Part shown: in pieces, positions 39,899 to 51,955 of the stretch
Layout of the letters: each line of letters opens with the position of its first letter
How positions within the stretch are numbered: the stretch's first letter is position 1
Assembly: GCA_013265495.1 (NCBI GenBank)
Contig: MU058451.1
Span: 1,464,167 to 1,528,166 of the forward strand
Origin: Vicugna vicugna
Lineage: Eukaryota
Length of the DNA stretch: 64,000 bases
Direction of reading: 5' to 3'
Notes under the pieces: model-generated
The model's input: only the letters and a program-made list of their open reading frames with translations
Told to the model about the DNA's origin: nothing
Databases searched by the model: none
Translations under genes and position numbers: made by a program

Positions 39899-40089
39899 GG
39901 GATTCACCAAATAGCCAGGAAGATCCAAGAAGCCATCTTGGCTTTTCCAGTAGCCCTTGTTTATGCATGTAAATATCTTTGGGGAGCAGACATCATGTTA
40001 CAAGGACATCAAGATGGCAAAAGTCTGGCAATGAGGGGTTGTTTTTTGCAGGAGCAGAATGGATTTCATCCACATGGGCCACAATCTAT

Positions 40090-40185
40090 ACATTCTGTTG
40101 CTGCTGCCCTTGAATGAAAGTCAGCCGGGGTATTTCTCTGATTCTCAGGTTCAGCCCTTTTTAGTGTGAACCTCCATTTTGGTAA
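40090..40185 (-). pseudogene. pol: ERV RNase H C-terminal remnant
   Basis: EVHT, frameshift, then KRAEPENQRNTPADFHSRAAA, resembling the AH....E..GN..AD..AK.AA motif. Confidence 0.6.
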
Positions 40186-42249
40186 TAGACATTTTATGCC
40201 AGGACATATCAAGCTTCCAGGAATTTTACACAATTTCTGGAACACTGATAACATCCACCTATACAGAAACAACATAAAGAAGGCTTAATGTTACTTCTTA
40301 TTTGACAGTGCTTCCCATGTAATGTAACGTATCAAATAAGCCTGATTAGTTTAACAAATCTTTTGGAATATGCCAAGGGCCCTCTGGAAAAATCTCAAAG
40401 TTTCTCCCAGGTCAAAAAGACTTCATTTTTATAATTTAATTTTGGGAAGTTTGTCAAAAATGTCCAAAAGGTTTGGACACTTGACTAAATAGGATCACAG
40501 AACAATATGAAACAATACTTAGTTTTCTTATCTGGTAAATGAAAGAAAATTTAATTCTAGTTTTACGTAAGCACATTGTTGATATTAAAATTTAGTTTTT
40601 AAAAACCCTCATAATAACAATTCAGTTTTAGCCAGCTTGATTACACAAGGTAAAATTCTTTCTCTCTTCAGCCTTTTGTAAACCTTTAGTTTGTCCTTCA
40701 TAACCAGAAAGTTCTATTTTAGACAAAATTACTCATTTTCCTTAATAAAAAATGCATCTTTATTTATACCTTTTAACTAAAAACCACATCACACAGAGTT
40801 GTTTCTCTTATTTCCAGTAGTTTTAATTGTATATGTTAATTAGAATTCTTAACCTTTAGAAACTTTAATTTCTAGTGAAAACTAAGAGGTAAACAAGTAT
40901 AACCTGTCTTTTATATTTGCATTTTGTAGCTTTGTAAATACTTTTCATAATTTCTAGAAACGTATCTTTTTCATAGACAATTTCTCAGTGTGGCGATAAA
41001 CATGTTTAGTAATAGATCCAAATTTATCTTCAGTTTCTCTGTAATAAGAAGCCAATAATGGAGAAACCTATATTCAATAATTAAACTTGAGTACTTTTTT
41101 TCTTATTTGGGAATGATCCACATAGTCAATAAATTTTTTTTCATTTAACTTAATCTTAGCAAATCTTTAAGGTTTCAGGTTACCAAAAACATTTGAGAAA
41201 CTTATTGTAAAAATTCACCTAATTTTTTTGATACTGCTCTTATTTATTTAATATACTACCTCTTAATAATTATATTTAGATTACTTATGAAAATATTATC
41301 ATACCAACTTATTTTTCGTGCTAAAAAATTTGTAAGTCTAGGTGGAATAAAAGTATTATATTTAATGCTGGTAACTCTAAAGATGGGTCTGTTTTAATTA
41401 AACCAACAAATTTAAACTAGCTTTTATTTACTAACTATTATCTTAGGTCATGTGAACTTGGAAAACATTTGTTTTCCATAGTTTCTGTTTTATTTTTGAG
41501 AACTTCGGAATGCCCAGTCCTTACAAGCTTGTCTTCAAACCAACTACAGAGAGCTCGTCTACAAATTAATTTTGTCAATACCATCCAGAGGTACAAAAAT
41601 ACCTTAATTCTGCATTATATATAGACACACATAGATGCAAGCAGATGACCTTAGAAGACAGTTTAATTCCCTAAATTCCAAATGACATTTTCCCCACTTT
41701 CTATCTTCCTTCTGATAATAATTATCCCCCTGAAGTTGGTATGTCAGTGAGATTACCTAGATAGGAGTTCACGTTTATATCTCAAAGGCACAAGGACAAG
41801 CCTTTTGAGATAAACAGGAGAGGTTTGGGATCTGGCGAAAAAGATTTTTAGACTTTGACTTGTTTCTGAAGCCACACCTCTGGTCCTGGAAAGACTAGAT
41901 TTGTAAAGTAAGAACAACTGTTTTTAATACCTCAAAGAATTAGGTTGTCACTTAAATGGTATTAGAGGAATGACACTCCCATCCACTTATTATTGGAGTG
42001 TTTCTTTCCTTCTGGGTACATTTAACTGAGGGGAAAAGGCCTAGAAAATATCTATCAGGCTCTGAATGTCAGCTTCCAGTTTGGCCACTTTTCTGATCAT
42101 ACAGTGATTAAGTCCTTTGAAATATCTTGTCAGGTTTTAACCAGAATGAACAATAAATATTTTTGGCAACATTGAATGACCCCCTTAATTTTAATTTTAG
42201 TTTCCCTGTGGCTGTTTAAGGGAATAACATAGCTTTTAACCAGGAAACC

Positions 42250-43620
42250 CCTCAGAGTCCTGTGAACTTTGGAAGGGGCCCATACGGGGACAGTTAACTT
42301 CATGTTGAAGAATCTGCCTAGGGCCTTTGAGGATAATCTCTTTTCCAGCGTTCCAGTTGATTATAACTGCGACATAGATTTCTGGGCCAAGGTTTTGGTA
42401 ATGGACGTCTAGGAGGGTGTACTGAGGGCGGCCTAGGCGTTATTTTGGGTCTCTGGCCCTGGAGCTGTTGTAGCTGTAAAGCTATTAGCCTGGCAGGTTT
42501 CTGGATCCTTTAAGAGTGCTCAGCTGTCGTCAGGACTTCAGTCAGGCTGCAGGCCTCCCATGTTATCTTCTCCTGGTTTGTGATGGCTTGTAAAAGACCA
42601 GCTGCTACTTTGTGAGCTCTTTCTGGTTGGGGATCTGGAATATTACCCTTGGGGGTTTGCCCTCTGCTGGGCCAACTGATGTCCTTCAGAGCCTGACGAC
42701 CCCATTCCTGGGCTCCCAGATGCCTGATATTCTTTGCTGGGCAGTTTCCCCTAGCAAACTGACAGCCCCAGGTGATGCCCACCTTATCAGGGTCAGAGAC
42801 CCCACCGCCCTTCATAGACCCTAAACCTCTTACCTCACCTACAGCCAATCAGAGACTTGTGCACAAGCCATAAGGCACCTTGTGACCCGACCTTATAAAA
42901 CACCTCAACAACCAGCCCTCGGGGATCACACGGGCACCTCTTGTCTGTGTGGCCTGCTGTTGTGTATGGCAGTGCACCCTAATGAACTCCTTTCTACTCC
43001 CATACGTTATGTCTGGTAAATTCTTTTACCAACCCGAGCATCACCATGTCACTAACTGGTCACCTCGATGTGTCCCACTACACCCTCTTGCTTCCTGCAT
43101 CCAGTTTTGGGCTTTCCCAGGTCCTAGCAACATGTGTACAAGCTGAGGAAGATCTGGGAGCCTGGGGTCATAGGCCCCCAAAATAACTCAATTCTTCAAA
43201 AACTTTTGGGGTTGCTCCCTAGGTTTGGGAATTTCTTTTACTCTATGTGAGGGGGTTCCTCTGTGCCTCGGATCGTTTTGTCCTCAGTGGTGACTGTCTC
43301 ATAGTCTCCTCAGGGTGGAAAGGCAGTTCAGAAAGAGAGAGGGGGATGTGCGTGAGGGCTGCGGTGAGAGAGGGAAGAAGTGTGCGTGGCATGTCACTAG
43401 TAGTTTTGTTCTAGGTACTTCTTACGTGTCTAATTTTGTATCAGCTTTTTGCAATGAATCTTTCAATGAAGCTACTTTGGAATTTGCAGGCTTTTGCATA
43501 GCTCTTGCTTTAAAATGCACTTCTTATATGATCTTATCTGTTTGAAACATTTCCCCGAGGACCATTGTAATTCGCCTGAGGGCTAGTTACAGTCTGGTAG
43601 GTTCTTGGCCGCAAAAAGAG
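42250..43620 (-). pseudogene. gag: ERV gag remnant, split by a nested solo LTR
   Basis: Peptides SKVASLKDSLQKA, VKEIPKPREQPQK, ILGAYDPRLPDLPQLVHMLLGPGKAQNWM and AHKVAAGLLQAI resemble class I ERV Gag. Confidence 0.75.
42650..43082 (+). mobile_element. Solo LTR (ERV1-type) nested antisense in gag
   Basis: TG...CA ends, 4-bp TSD CCCT (42646-42649 and 43083-43086), CCAAT box at ~42845, TATAAAA at ~42894, U5-like gtctggtaaattcttttacc. Confidence 0.7.
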
Positions 43621-44259
43621 TTTAACCCACATTTCTATCCAGCCATGTCTAGTTGTAAATGAAGTACAACTCACGTTTCTGTTCGATCGTATTTTGGAGC
43701 CCAACCTGAAGCCATAAAGTCAGGCTCTCAGGACATAAAACAAGCTTCTGCATAAAACAAGACAAACATGTGCACCTGAATATGTCAGCAGTAACCTAGA
43801 GATGTTACTCCATCCTGGACTTTAACAGTTCCCAACGAGGAATCTGGGGACGGAATCCAAACATTTGGGGAATTGCAGACTGAAATGTCAGGAGTTCCTA
43901 ACATGGAATCTGGGAACAGAACCAAGGGCTGGGGTTTTCCGCCATTGGCAATAACCAAAAGATATTGCTGCATCCTGGGAATTGTGGTCTGAAAAGGTTA
44001 GGGGCTTGGCTTTGAGTTGATCTGTCTGCCAGCTCAGTTGGGCTCCATGACAGAATCCCTCTGCTAGCTCAAGCTGACCTCCCTGCCCTGCAAAGGAAAG
44101 CCAGAGACTCGGAGTTCGAACACAAAAAGAGTGGAGCTCAGCCGAGAGGAACTGAGCAATGGCCCTAGGAGATGGCGAGAAAAACTGAACTCCAGGGATT
44201 CTCTGGGCACTATAGCTATGTTTCTGGTTGTCCCCAAATGCAGTTGGAAACTCACTTCA

Positions 44260-44277
44260 ATCTCACCACTGCCACCA
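44260..44277 (-). promoter_or_regulatory. Retroviral primer-binding site complementary to tRNA-Leu
   Basis: Minus strand TGGTGGCAGTGGTGAGAT is complementary at 17/18 nt to the 3' end of tRNA-Leu (...AUCCCACCACUGCCACCA, from memory). Lies directly inside the 5' LTR. Confidence 0.8.
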
Positions 44278-44279
44278 AA

Positions 44280-44730
44280 TACATATAAAACAAAACAAAA
44301 CTCAACCAAATAAATATAAAGATCTAAATGTCTTTACTCAGTGATTTGTGAATCAGACAGCATCCCATCCAGCAACTGGAAGGATATGCCCAGGGGTTGT
44401 ACAAAATGGAAGGCTTTTATAGGAAGAATGGTGGGCAAGGGAGCCATTAGCAAAAGAAAGGAGAGGATTATTTTTAGGCCACGACATCTTTTTAGGGGGA
44501 AGGGAACTGCATGGATCTTTCAAGCGGATGCCTGTTCTTCCTCAGGGCGATGGAGAGGCCCCACCTGACAGAGTACCTACTGGTGCTTGACCATAAAGTT
44601 CCAGACTGGTCAATTAAGATCGCCTTTCTGGGGAAGGTCAAAACTGTGAGTCAGTTATTAAGTCTAGGTTTGGCATCATGGGCTTTAGCACAAGTGACAC
44701 CGTTTTGGGCCTGTGGTTTTCCCTTTAACA
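44280..44730 (-). repeat. ERV 5' LTR
   Basis: Begins TGTTAAAGGGAAAACC on the minus strand, has a TATAAAA box (cttttatagg at ~44415), and is homologous to 37998-38262. Confidence 0.85.
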
Positions 44731-45659
44731 CTGGCCAAGACAGCAGGTTTATTAGGAATTTTATTCATTTGTTCTGGTGAATGAGTACTTTTTCAAATAT
44801 GGTTTCTGTATTTTCTTTCTTGTTACAAAGTTTTGTTTCTTTTATTTATAGATTGTAGGTATCCAGACTTCTCAGTTTTTTCCTTGTAGCTGAATATTTC
44901 AGGTCATTGTTTGCACTACGTGTCACACCTTTCCAGTAACTGGTAGCAGCAGAAGTGGAAAGCCCAGATGACAATAAGACATCCAAAACATCCCTGTAAA
45001 ATGGAAGATATTTTAGAACTTGTGGGTCTTTAATATGTTCACCTAATAAATAAATCTAGTATTTTTCTTGGTGAATAAAAGTTGAAGGTGTTAAAAATAT
45101 ATTCTTTTCTTGTGAGAGTATGTGATATTGGCACAATAATGATGGAAACCCTGTTTTCAGCTCTTGGATGTTCATCCTTGTTCTCTAATAGAAAGCTGAC
45201 CTGGGAGAGGGATTCTAAATATTGAATAGATTCATACTATGAATAGTTTCACCTGTTTCAAGTGTAGCAAATCATTCCAAGTCTGATTCCAAGTATTTTG
45301 CATGTAAGCAATGGTCTAGTCTCAGAAGGAATGGCTGGTCATTAGGAAATAATAATTAGCCTCAAAAGAGATTAGATTGCATTTTTAAGTGACACAGCCC
45401 TCTCTGATTGTTTCTTAGAAAGAGAGCAGATCACTTTAGATAATTTCATTACTTTTTGGTAAGGATTTTTTTATTACTGATTTTATTTATTCTCAAGAGT
45501 GCCTGGAATTGTGGTTCTTCAGTGAACTAGGTGGCTGGACCAATTATCCAGCCATCAAGACCAACTGAACTTCAGCCTTCCCTCCCTACTCAGGAATCTC
45601 CCCATTCCTTAGTTATTTAGTGTTTCCATGGCTTCCCCTCACTGTTTCTGGAGCCCTGG

Positions 45660-45890
45660 GGAGCAGTGTTAAGTAGTGGTTAAAAGCATGAATTTGAGTT
45701 TCAGACAGACCTCAGTTTAAATCTTGGTTCTGCTATTTAAATATTACATAACATTGAGAATGACTCTTTCTTCATCTATAAAATGGACATCCCAACAGGC
45801 ACACCACCTCATGAAATGGTCATGGGGGTTCAAATGAGATGATGTATGTGAAGTACCTGGGAGTACCTGCACACAAGGGGGATGCACTCA
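45660..45890 (+). mobile_element. MIR SINE
   Basis: gtagtggttaaaagcatg...cagacagacct...ttcttcatctataaaatgg...aaatgagatgatgtatgtgaagtacct. Confidence 0.8.
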
Positions 45891-45959
45891 GTCTATCAGT
45901 CCTCCACACAGAGACCCATTTCTTCTGCTTGCTTTTCCCATTGGAACAAATGTAACGAG

Positions 45960-46090
45960 GATTCACACATCGATATCAATACCTGGTAAAACTGAGTTTC
46001 AAGGAAGTTATGAATCTTTTCTAAGATGGTAGAGTAAATGGCAAAGTCAGGGATTAAACCCAGGGTGGTCTGCATGACCTTGACCACTAC
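45960..46090 (-). mobile_element. MIR SINE fragment
   Basis: aaactgagtttcaaggaagtta...agtaaatggcaaagtcagggattaaacccagg. Confidence 0.7.
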
Positions 46091-46095
46091 ACCAG

Positions 46096-46154
46096 ACACA
46101 CACGCGTGTGCGCGCATGCACACGCACACACACACACACACACATATATGTATG
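46096..46154. repeat. Alternating purine-pyrimidine (CA/CG/TA) microsatellite
   Basis: acacacacgcgtgtgcgcgcatgcacacgc(ac)n atatatgtatg. Confidence 0.95.
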
Positions 46155-46409
46155 GTTTTTTTGTTTGTTTATATTAAAGTATAGTTGTAAGTTGTGCCAT
46201 TTTCTGAATGCACTGCACTCTCAACGTTGGGACCTGAACATGTAGACAAAAGTAGTATATTTTTGGAATTTGTTTTTCAGCAATTTATATTATAGAGCCT
46301 GGGGATAGGGGTGATACCCAAGGCTTGGGATCTAAAAATATGCATATACATTGTTTACACTTGTGCAAATATATACATATCCATACAGATCTTTTCATAG
46401 AATGTTGTG

Positions 46410-47385
46410 TTGGGGCAAATGCACCATTAACAAAAATATTTCACATACTAAGCACAAAGTGAATCTTAACAAATATCAAAGAACTTTTGTGCATGGAGAG
46501 AAACTATACTCTGAGTACAGTGCAATTAAATTAGCAATGATTACTCAAAAGATATCCTCCAGATACTTTTGGACTATTAAAATCCTTCTGAGTAATTAAT
46601 GAGTCAATAAAAAATCATAATTAAAATGATAGTTTTGAATATAGAAGAAATTCCAATTAAAATATTTGCATATCAAAACTACCAGTATGCTAGAAAAATA
46701 TATCAGAACCAACGGTTGTTTAGCATAGGAATGCAAGAACGAGTTAATATTAAACACTCTATTAAAGTTAGCACATTAACAGTTGAAATATTGCATTATA
46801 AATTAAGGAAAAAAATCACAGCCTATTAAGATAAAAATTGGGTAGGAAATTGATTGTGATGTGGAAAAAATAAGTTAGGTTCCAAATTCACACTATACAC
46901 AAAAATAAACTCCAAATGGCTTTAGGAATTCAACTCGAAAAGTAAATTAGTTTTGAGAACAACTTTAATGTCTCTCAAAAGAGGATAATATTCATACGGT
47001 AGAATACAATAGAGCAGCTAAATAGATGACAAAAACACTACATTTATAAAGAGTGATGAATCTCTAAACTATAAAGATGAGGCAAATAAAGTCACAATTG
47101 TGACAACAATTTTGTAAATATAGGTAATGAAATTATAACAACATACAAGGGAAAGGACTGACATCAACCACAAGCCAGTAGTGCCCCTAGGTACTGAGAG
47201 AAGGGAACAGTGTGAACTAGGTGGGGATTTAACTATATTTTTTATGTTCAATTTCTCAAAAGAATGTAAAGCCAATATAATTAAATGTTAATATTTGCTA
47301 ATGAGGGATGGTAATTAAACAAGGTCCATTATTTTATATACTTTTCTGAATGCTTAAAATAATTTAAATTAAGAAAACAAAAAAG
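46410..47385 (+). mobile_element. Fragmented old L1 (ORF2 pieces and 3' end)
   Basis: cacaaagtgaatcttaacaaatatcaaagaa, cacactatacacaaaaataaactccaaatgg, and an A-rich end. Confidence 0.65.
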
Positions 47386-47419
47386 CAATTTATGTGCATC
47401 ACAGTCAAGCTAACCTTAT

Positions 47420-49122
47420 GGTTATTTGTGTGTGTGTGTTTTCTTATATACTTTAGGAATTAATCCCTTATCATATATGTGTTTTGCAAATACTTTCTCC
47501 CATTTTGTAGGTTGCCTTTTTAGTCTGTTGGTTATTTCCTTTGCTGTGCAGAAGCTTTTTAGTTGGATGTAGTCCCACATACCTGTTTTCGCTCTGGTTG
47601 TCTGTGCTTTTGGTGTCAAATCCTAGAAAACATTGGCCAAAACCCATGTCAGGAAACTTTCCCTCTAAGTTTTCTTCTGTAAGTTTTAAAGTTTCAAGTC
47701 TTACATTTAAATCTGTAATTCATTCTGAGTTGATTTTTGCGTATGATGTAAGATGAGGGTCCGATTTCATTCTTTTGCATGTGGATATCAGTTTTCCTAA
47801 CATCATTTGTTGAAGAGAGTATCCTTTCCTCATTGTATTCTTAGCACACTTGTTGAAAATCAATTGTCTGAATATATACATGTATATTTCTGGGCTCTTC
47901 ATTCTATTCTGTTGTTCTATGTCTGTCTTTATGCCAGTGTTGTACTAGTTTAATTAACTGTAGCTTTGTAAAAAAACTCTGAAATCAGTAAGTATGGTGC
48001 CTCCAGCTTTGTTCTTCTTTTTCATGATTGATTTGACTATTCATATTCTTTTGTGGTTCCATATGGATTTTAGAATTGTTTTTTCTAGTTCTGTAAAAAA
48101 TGCATTGGGATTTTGAATTGGATTGCATTGAGGTTGTAGATTACTTTGGATAATATGACAATTCAACAATATTAAGTCTTCCAATCTATGACCATGGCTT
48201 TCTTTCCATTTGTTTGTATCTTCTTTAATTTCCGCCATTAATGTTTTATAATTTTCAATTTCAGTCTTTCACCTGTTCAGTAAAGTTTATTCCAAAATAT
48301 TTTATTCTTTTTGGTGTTATTATGAATGAGATTGCTTTCCTCATTTCTTTTTCAAATAATTTGTTGTTAGTGTGTAGAAATGCAACTGATTTTTGCATGT
48401 TAATTTTGTATCCTAAGACTTTATTGAATTTGTTTGTTAGTTATAATAGTTTTTTCATGAAGTCTTTAGGATTCCTTATATGTAAGAGCAGGCCAGTTTT
48501 AGTTTTTCCTTTCCAATTTGGATGCCCACTTTTTTTTTTTCCCCCTTGCCTAATTGCTCTCGTTAGGACTTTCAGTACTATCTCAAATAGAAATGGCAAA
48601 ACTGGGCATCTTTTCTGTGTTCCAGGTTTTAGAGGAAAGCTTTCAGTTTTTTATCATTGAGTATGAGGTTAGCTGTGGGCTTTTCATAAATACCTTTATT
48701 TTGTTAAGTTCTTCTTTCTATTCCTAGTTTTTATCATTAAAGTGTTTTGAATTTTGATAAATACTTTTTCTGAATGTATTGAGATGATCATGTGATTTTT
48801 ATCTTTTATTTTGTTAATATGGTATATCTGATTAATTGATTTTTGTGTTGAACCATCCTTGCATCCTACGGATAAATCCCACTTGGTCATGTTGTGTAAT
48901 CCTTTTAATGTCCTGTTAAATTCTGTTTGCTAGCATTTTCTTAACGATTTTTTGTACCTGTATTCATCAGGGATGTTGGCCTGTAGTTTTCTTGTGGTGC
49001 TTTACTCTGGCTTTGGTAGAAGGGGAATGTTGGCCTCATGAAATGGGTTTGAAATGTCCTTTCCTCTTCAGTTTCTTGGAAGAGTTTGAGAAAGATTAGC
49101 ATTAATTCTTCTTTAAATGTTT
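47420..49122 (-). mobile_element. L1 ORF2 fragment (RT to C-terminal region), frameshifted
   Basis: ORFs 48696..48890 ([15 protein letters not shown]), 48041..48238 (IKEDTNKWK...FFTELEKTILK), 47720..47902 and 47422..47619 (MTPKAQ...[14 protein letters not shown]...[11 protein letters not shown]) are L1 ORF2p peptides. Confidence 0.95.
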
Positions 49123-51289
49123 AGCAGATCTTATTTTTTTTAGCAGATCTTATTTTTAAAGATAGTATCGCCACTTAACTGCTATGTAATTGAAAGAGTA
49201 AATATAGCCACCTCATATCTTTTCTCATCTTTAAATGGGAAAATAGATGTAAAGTCTTACCACAGAGTATGGGATATAAATGAAGCTCCATTAAAGGTAG
49301 TTTTTCTTTCCCTCTATCTCAATAGGCATATAAGGAAAGCTCAGTAAATATTCATAGAAATTTTAAAACTTGTCTACACACACACACTCATAATTTACAT
49401 ATCACTGTAACAATAAAATCTCATTTTTAGTTTGTATCTGGCAGTGAATAGTACCTGATACAAGCTTTTAACTTTTTATACAATAAACAACATAATTTAT
49501 TATTATTATATAAAAAGTGACATTTTAAAAATATTTGATTAGTGATTTGTTATTAACATTTACAAAATTGAATTAGAATAATAAATTGTTATCCTTTACT
49601 AACACATTAATATATTTACAAGATTAACCTCTTAACTTTAAAAATAACATTTTTATGCAAGTATATTATCAGAAATTGTTCAATAAATCCAAGAACCATG
49701 ATTGTAGCGTTAAGCTCTAAGCTGTTAACAAAAAACTATGAAAGCTCTTTTTCTGGAAGGCTTCAAATCAAAATGATTCAGATCCTTTCCAAATATATTT
49801 TTCTGGAATAATTTGTTCTGTTTTATTTTATATACTTAACCCTAAATTCTGTAAGTAAAATTCCAAAATACCTGATGGGTAATGAGACGTTTCCACTTTA
49901 TTTGCATTCTACACTGGGCAATCTATTCTTCTTCCATTTCATTTACAAGATCACTTAAGAAAAACCTAAACTAATGAAATTTAACTTTTTTTAGACATAT
50001 TGACTTCCTAAAAAGTCAAAACTGAGTTTCCAACCTACTTCATTTGTTATGCTGGAATTTTACCAGTGTTACACTTTCCCTTTCAATATATTATGCATAG
50101 GTAAGGCCAGTGCATACCTGGAGATTGAGGACAGATTTTCAAATCTATTTTCAAATGTCCAAATGTTCTGACTGTAACTTAGCAGGTTATAATTAAATAT
50201 TATTTCTATCCTTGATTTCTAGGAACCTCCTTAACAGCATTAATTTTATCAGTGACTATGTAAAATACAGTACAATTATAAACATCTTAAACTTAAAATT
50301 TAATTTACAGTAGAGATTTCTTTATCTCACTATATTATAAGGAATTTCCTAATTTTGATAATATTCAGGTTGATTTTCAAAATGTCAGTGTATGCAAATA
50401 TTTTCATTTGGTTATTTTCACAACTAGTGTTATTTGTCTAAATATTACCCATCAGTGGGATTATCTGCAGCATAGTTCACACAAATAAATGCATTTAACT
50501 TAAGTTAGTTCATATCAACCTCATTAAGTTAGCTTTCGTTCATTTGTGGTTCTCTGTAGTACTATTACTTTTCTCCTCACTTTTAAAATGAGTTGCTTAA
50601 AAAAAAATAACAAAAAAAAGCCAAATGAAAATCACTTTGTATGAAATATTCCTGTTGCCTTGTAAAATTAGCGACAATAAGATTTATGAAGCTAATGATA
50701 TATCAGTTATTGGCTATGGAAGTGGCTGGGTGTTTTGACAGGTAGGCATATGCACATATAGAATGAGTGTAACTTGATATAAATGGAATTTCACTTTGAA
50801 AGAAGTAATTTATTGCATATATGATCCATCCGATCTGATAAAGGAAAAGTATTCACCGCCAAAATTATAGTACCTCCTATAAAGAAATTCTTAGATGAAT
50901 GTTCTGTGCTATTTTAATATTGAACAGATTGGTCTTTTCTTAGATCCTTGTCAAATAAAATAATTCTTCATCAGACTAAAATGAAATTGCATATTTTAAA
51001 AATAATTGAAGATGAGCTTTCTTTGGGTCAAAGATCGAAACTTTTTTTAACTTAAATGCAAATTATATAATTGAATATGAAAAATAGTGTGTAACTATTA
51101 TCAAGATTCTCTTTCAAAATTAACTCAGCTTATGGAGTTTAACACAAATTCTTTTCTATGTTGTTGGAGCGACTTCTTGAATTGGCACAGTTGTCATTAA
51201 TTTGAAAAGAGATTTTAAACGACCTTAAGGAAAACTTGCCACCCTCCCACCCGCCGCCCCTCAATCTATCTCCCATTCAAGTTGCCCCA

Positions 51290-51890
51290 GCAACTGGTAT
51301 CTGCCATTATCTTTTCCATTACTTTAGTGATGACTTTGTTCAACAGAGTGACCTCCCGCCTAGACTTCCTAGCTAGAAATTTGTGTATCCTCAGCTTTTC
51401 TCTCACTTACAGCCTCCATACTCACAAATACCTCACAAAATCTGTCCTTTTTCTCCCGTATGGCTGCTTCCTGAAGTCTCTGAGCACCACATCTCCACCA
51501 CGAGGCTGTTAGTAGGCTGCTCCTGCACTCTCTCTCCCTCGTCTGCTCAGTCACTCACAGGTCTTTTGCTTCAGGCACACTAAATTCTCACCTTTCCTGG
51601 AACATGTCTGGCCCTTTCACACCTCCATGGCTTTCTTTTCCTGGCTCTACTTTTATTCTGCTTAGCCTAAAATAAAAAAATAAACAAAGAAAGTAACTCA
51701 CCAATCAGTAGTCATCTCAAATGCCACCATCTTTGTGAAGCCTTCCTTGACTGGCTTTTCTGTACTCCAACAGCATCTGTCTCACAGCACACAGCATATT
51801 GTGGTATAATTTTACCTTCATCCTCCCCACCTACTAGATCAAGCTGCCTGAGAGCAGGGATGATTTCTTAACTAGCCTGGGTGCTGACAG
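51290..51890 (+). mobile_element. L2 fragment
   Basis: ctcaaatgccaccatctttgtgaagccttccttgac...ctagatcaagctgcctgagagcaggga. Confidence 0.7.
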
Positions 51891-51896
51891 GCTGCA

Positions 51897-51955
51897 TTTT
51901 TTTTTCAGTTGAAGTATAGTCAGTTTATAATGTTGTGTCAATTTTTGGTGTACAT
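51897..51955 (-). mobile_element. Short young L1 3' tail
   Basis: Poly-T plus ttgaagtatagtcagtttataatgttgtgtcaatttttggtgtaca, the same family as 15703-15784. Confidence 0.8.

Larger units (their letters stand above)
37998..44730 (-). mobile_element. Decayed class I (ERV1, MER4-group-like) provirus: LTR-PBS-gag-pol remnants-env remnant-LTR
   Basis: Two homologous LTRs (44280-44730 and 37998-~38262), a tRNA-Leu PBS, and gag, RNase H, integrase and env TM peptides in correct order on the minus strand. Confidence 0.9.

Noticed and set aside
39656..39968. Lys/Glu/Arg-rich and Ser/Phe/Leu-rich ORFs
   Set aside because: Translations of the GA-rich low-complexity tract.
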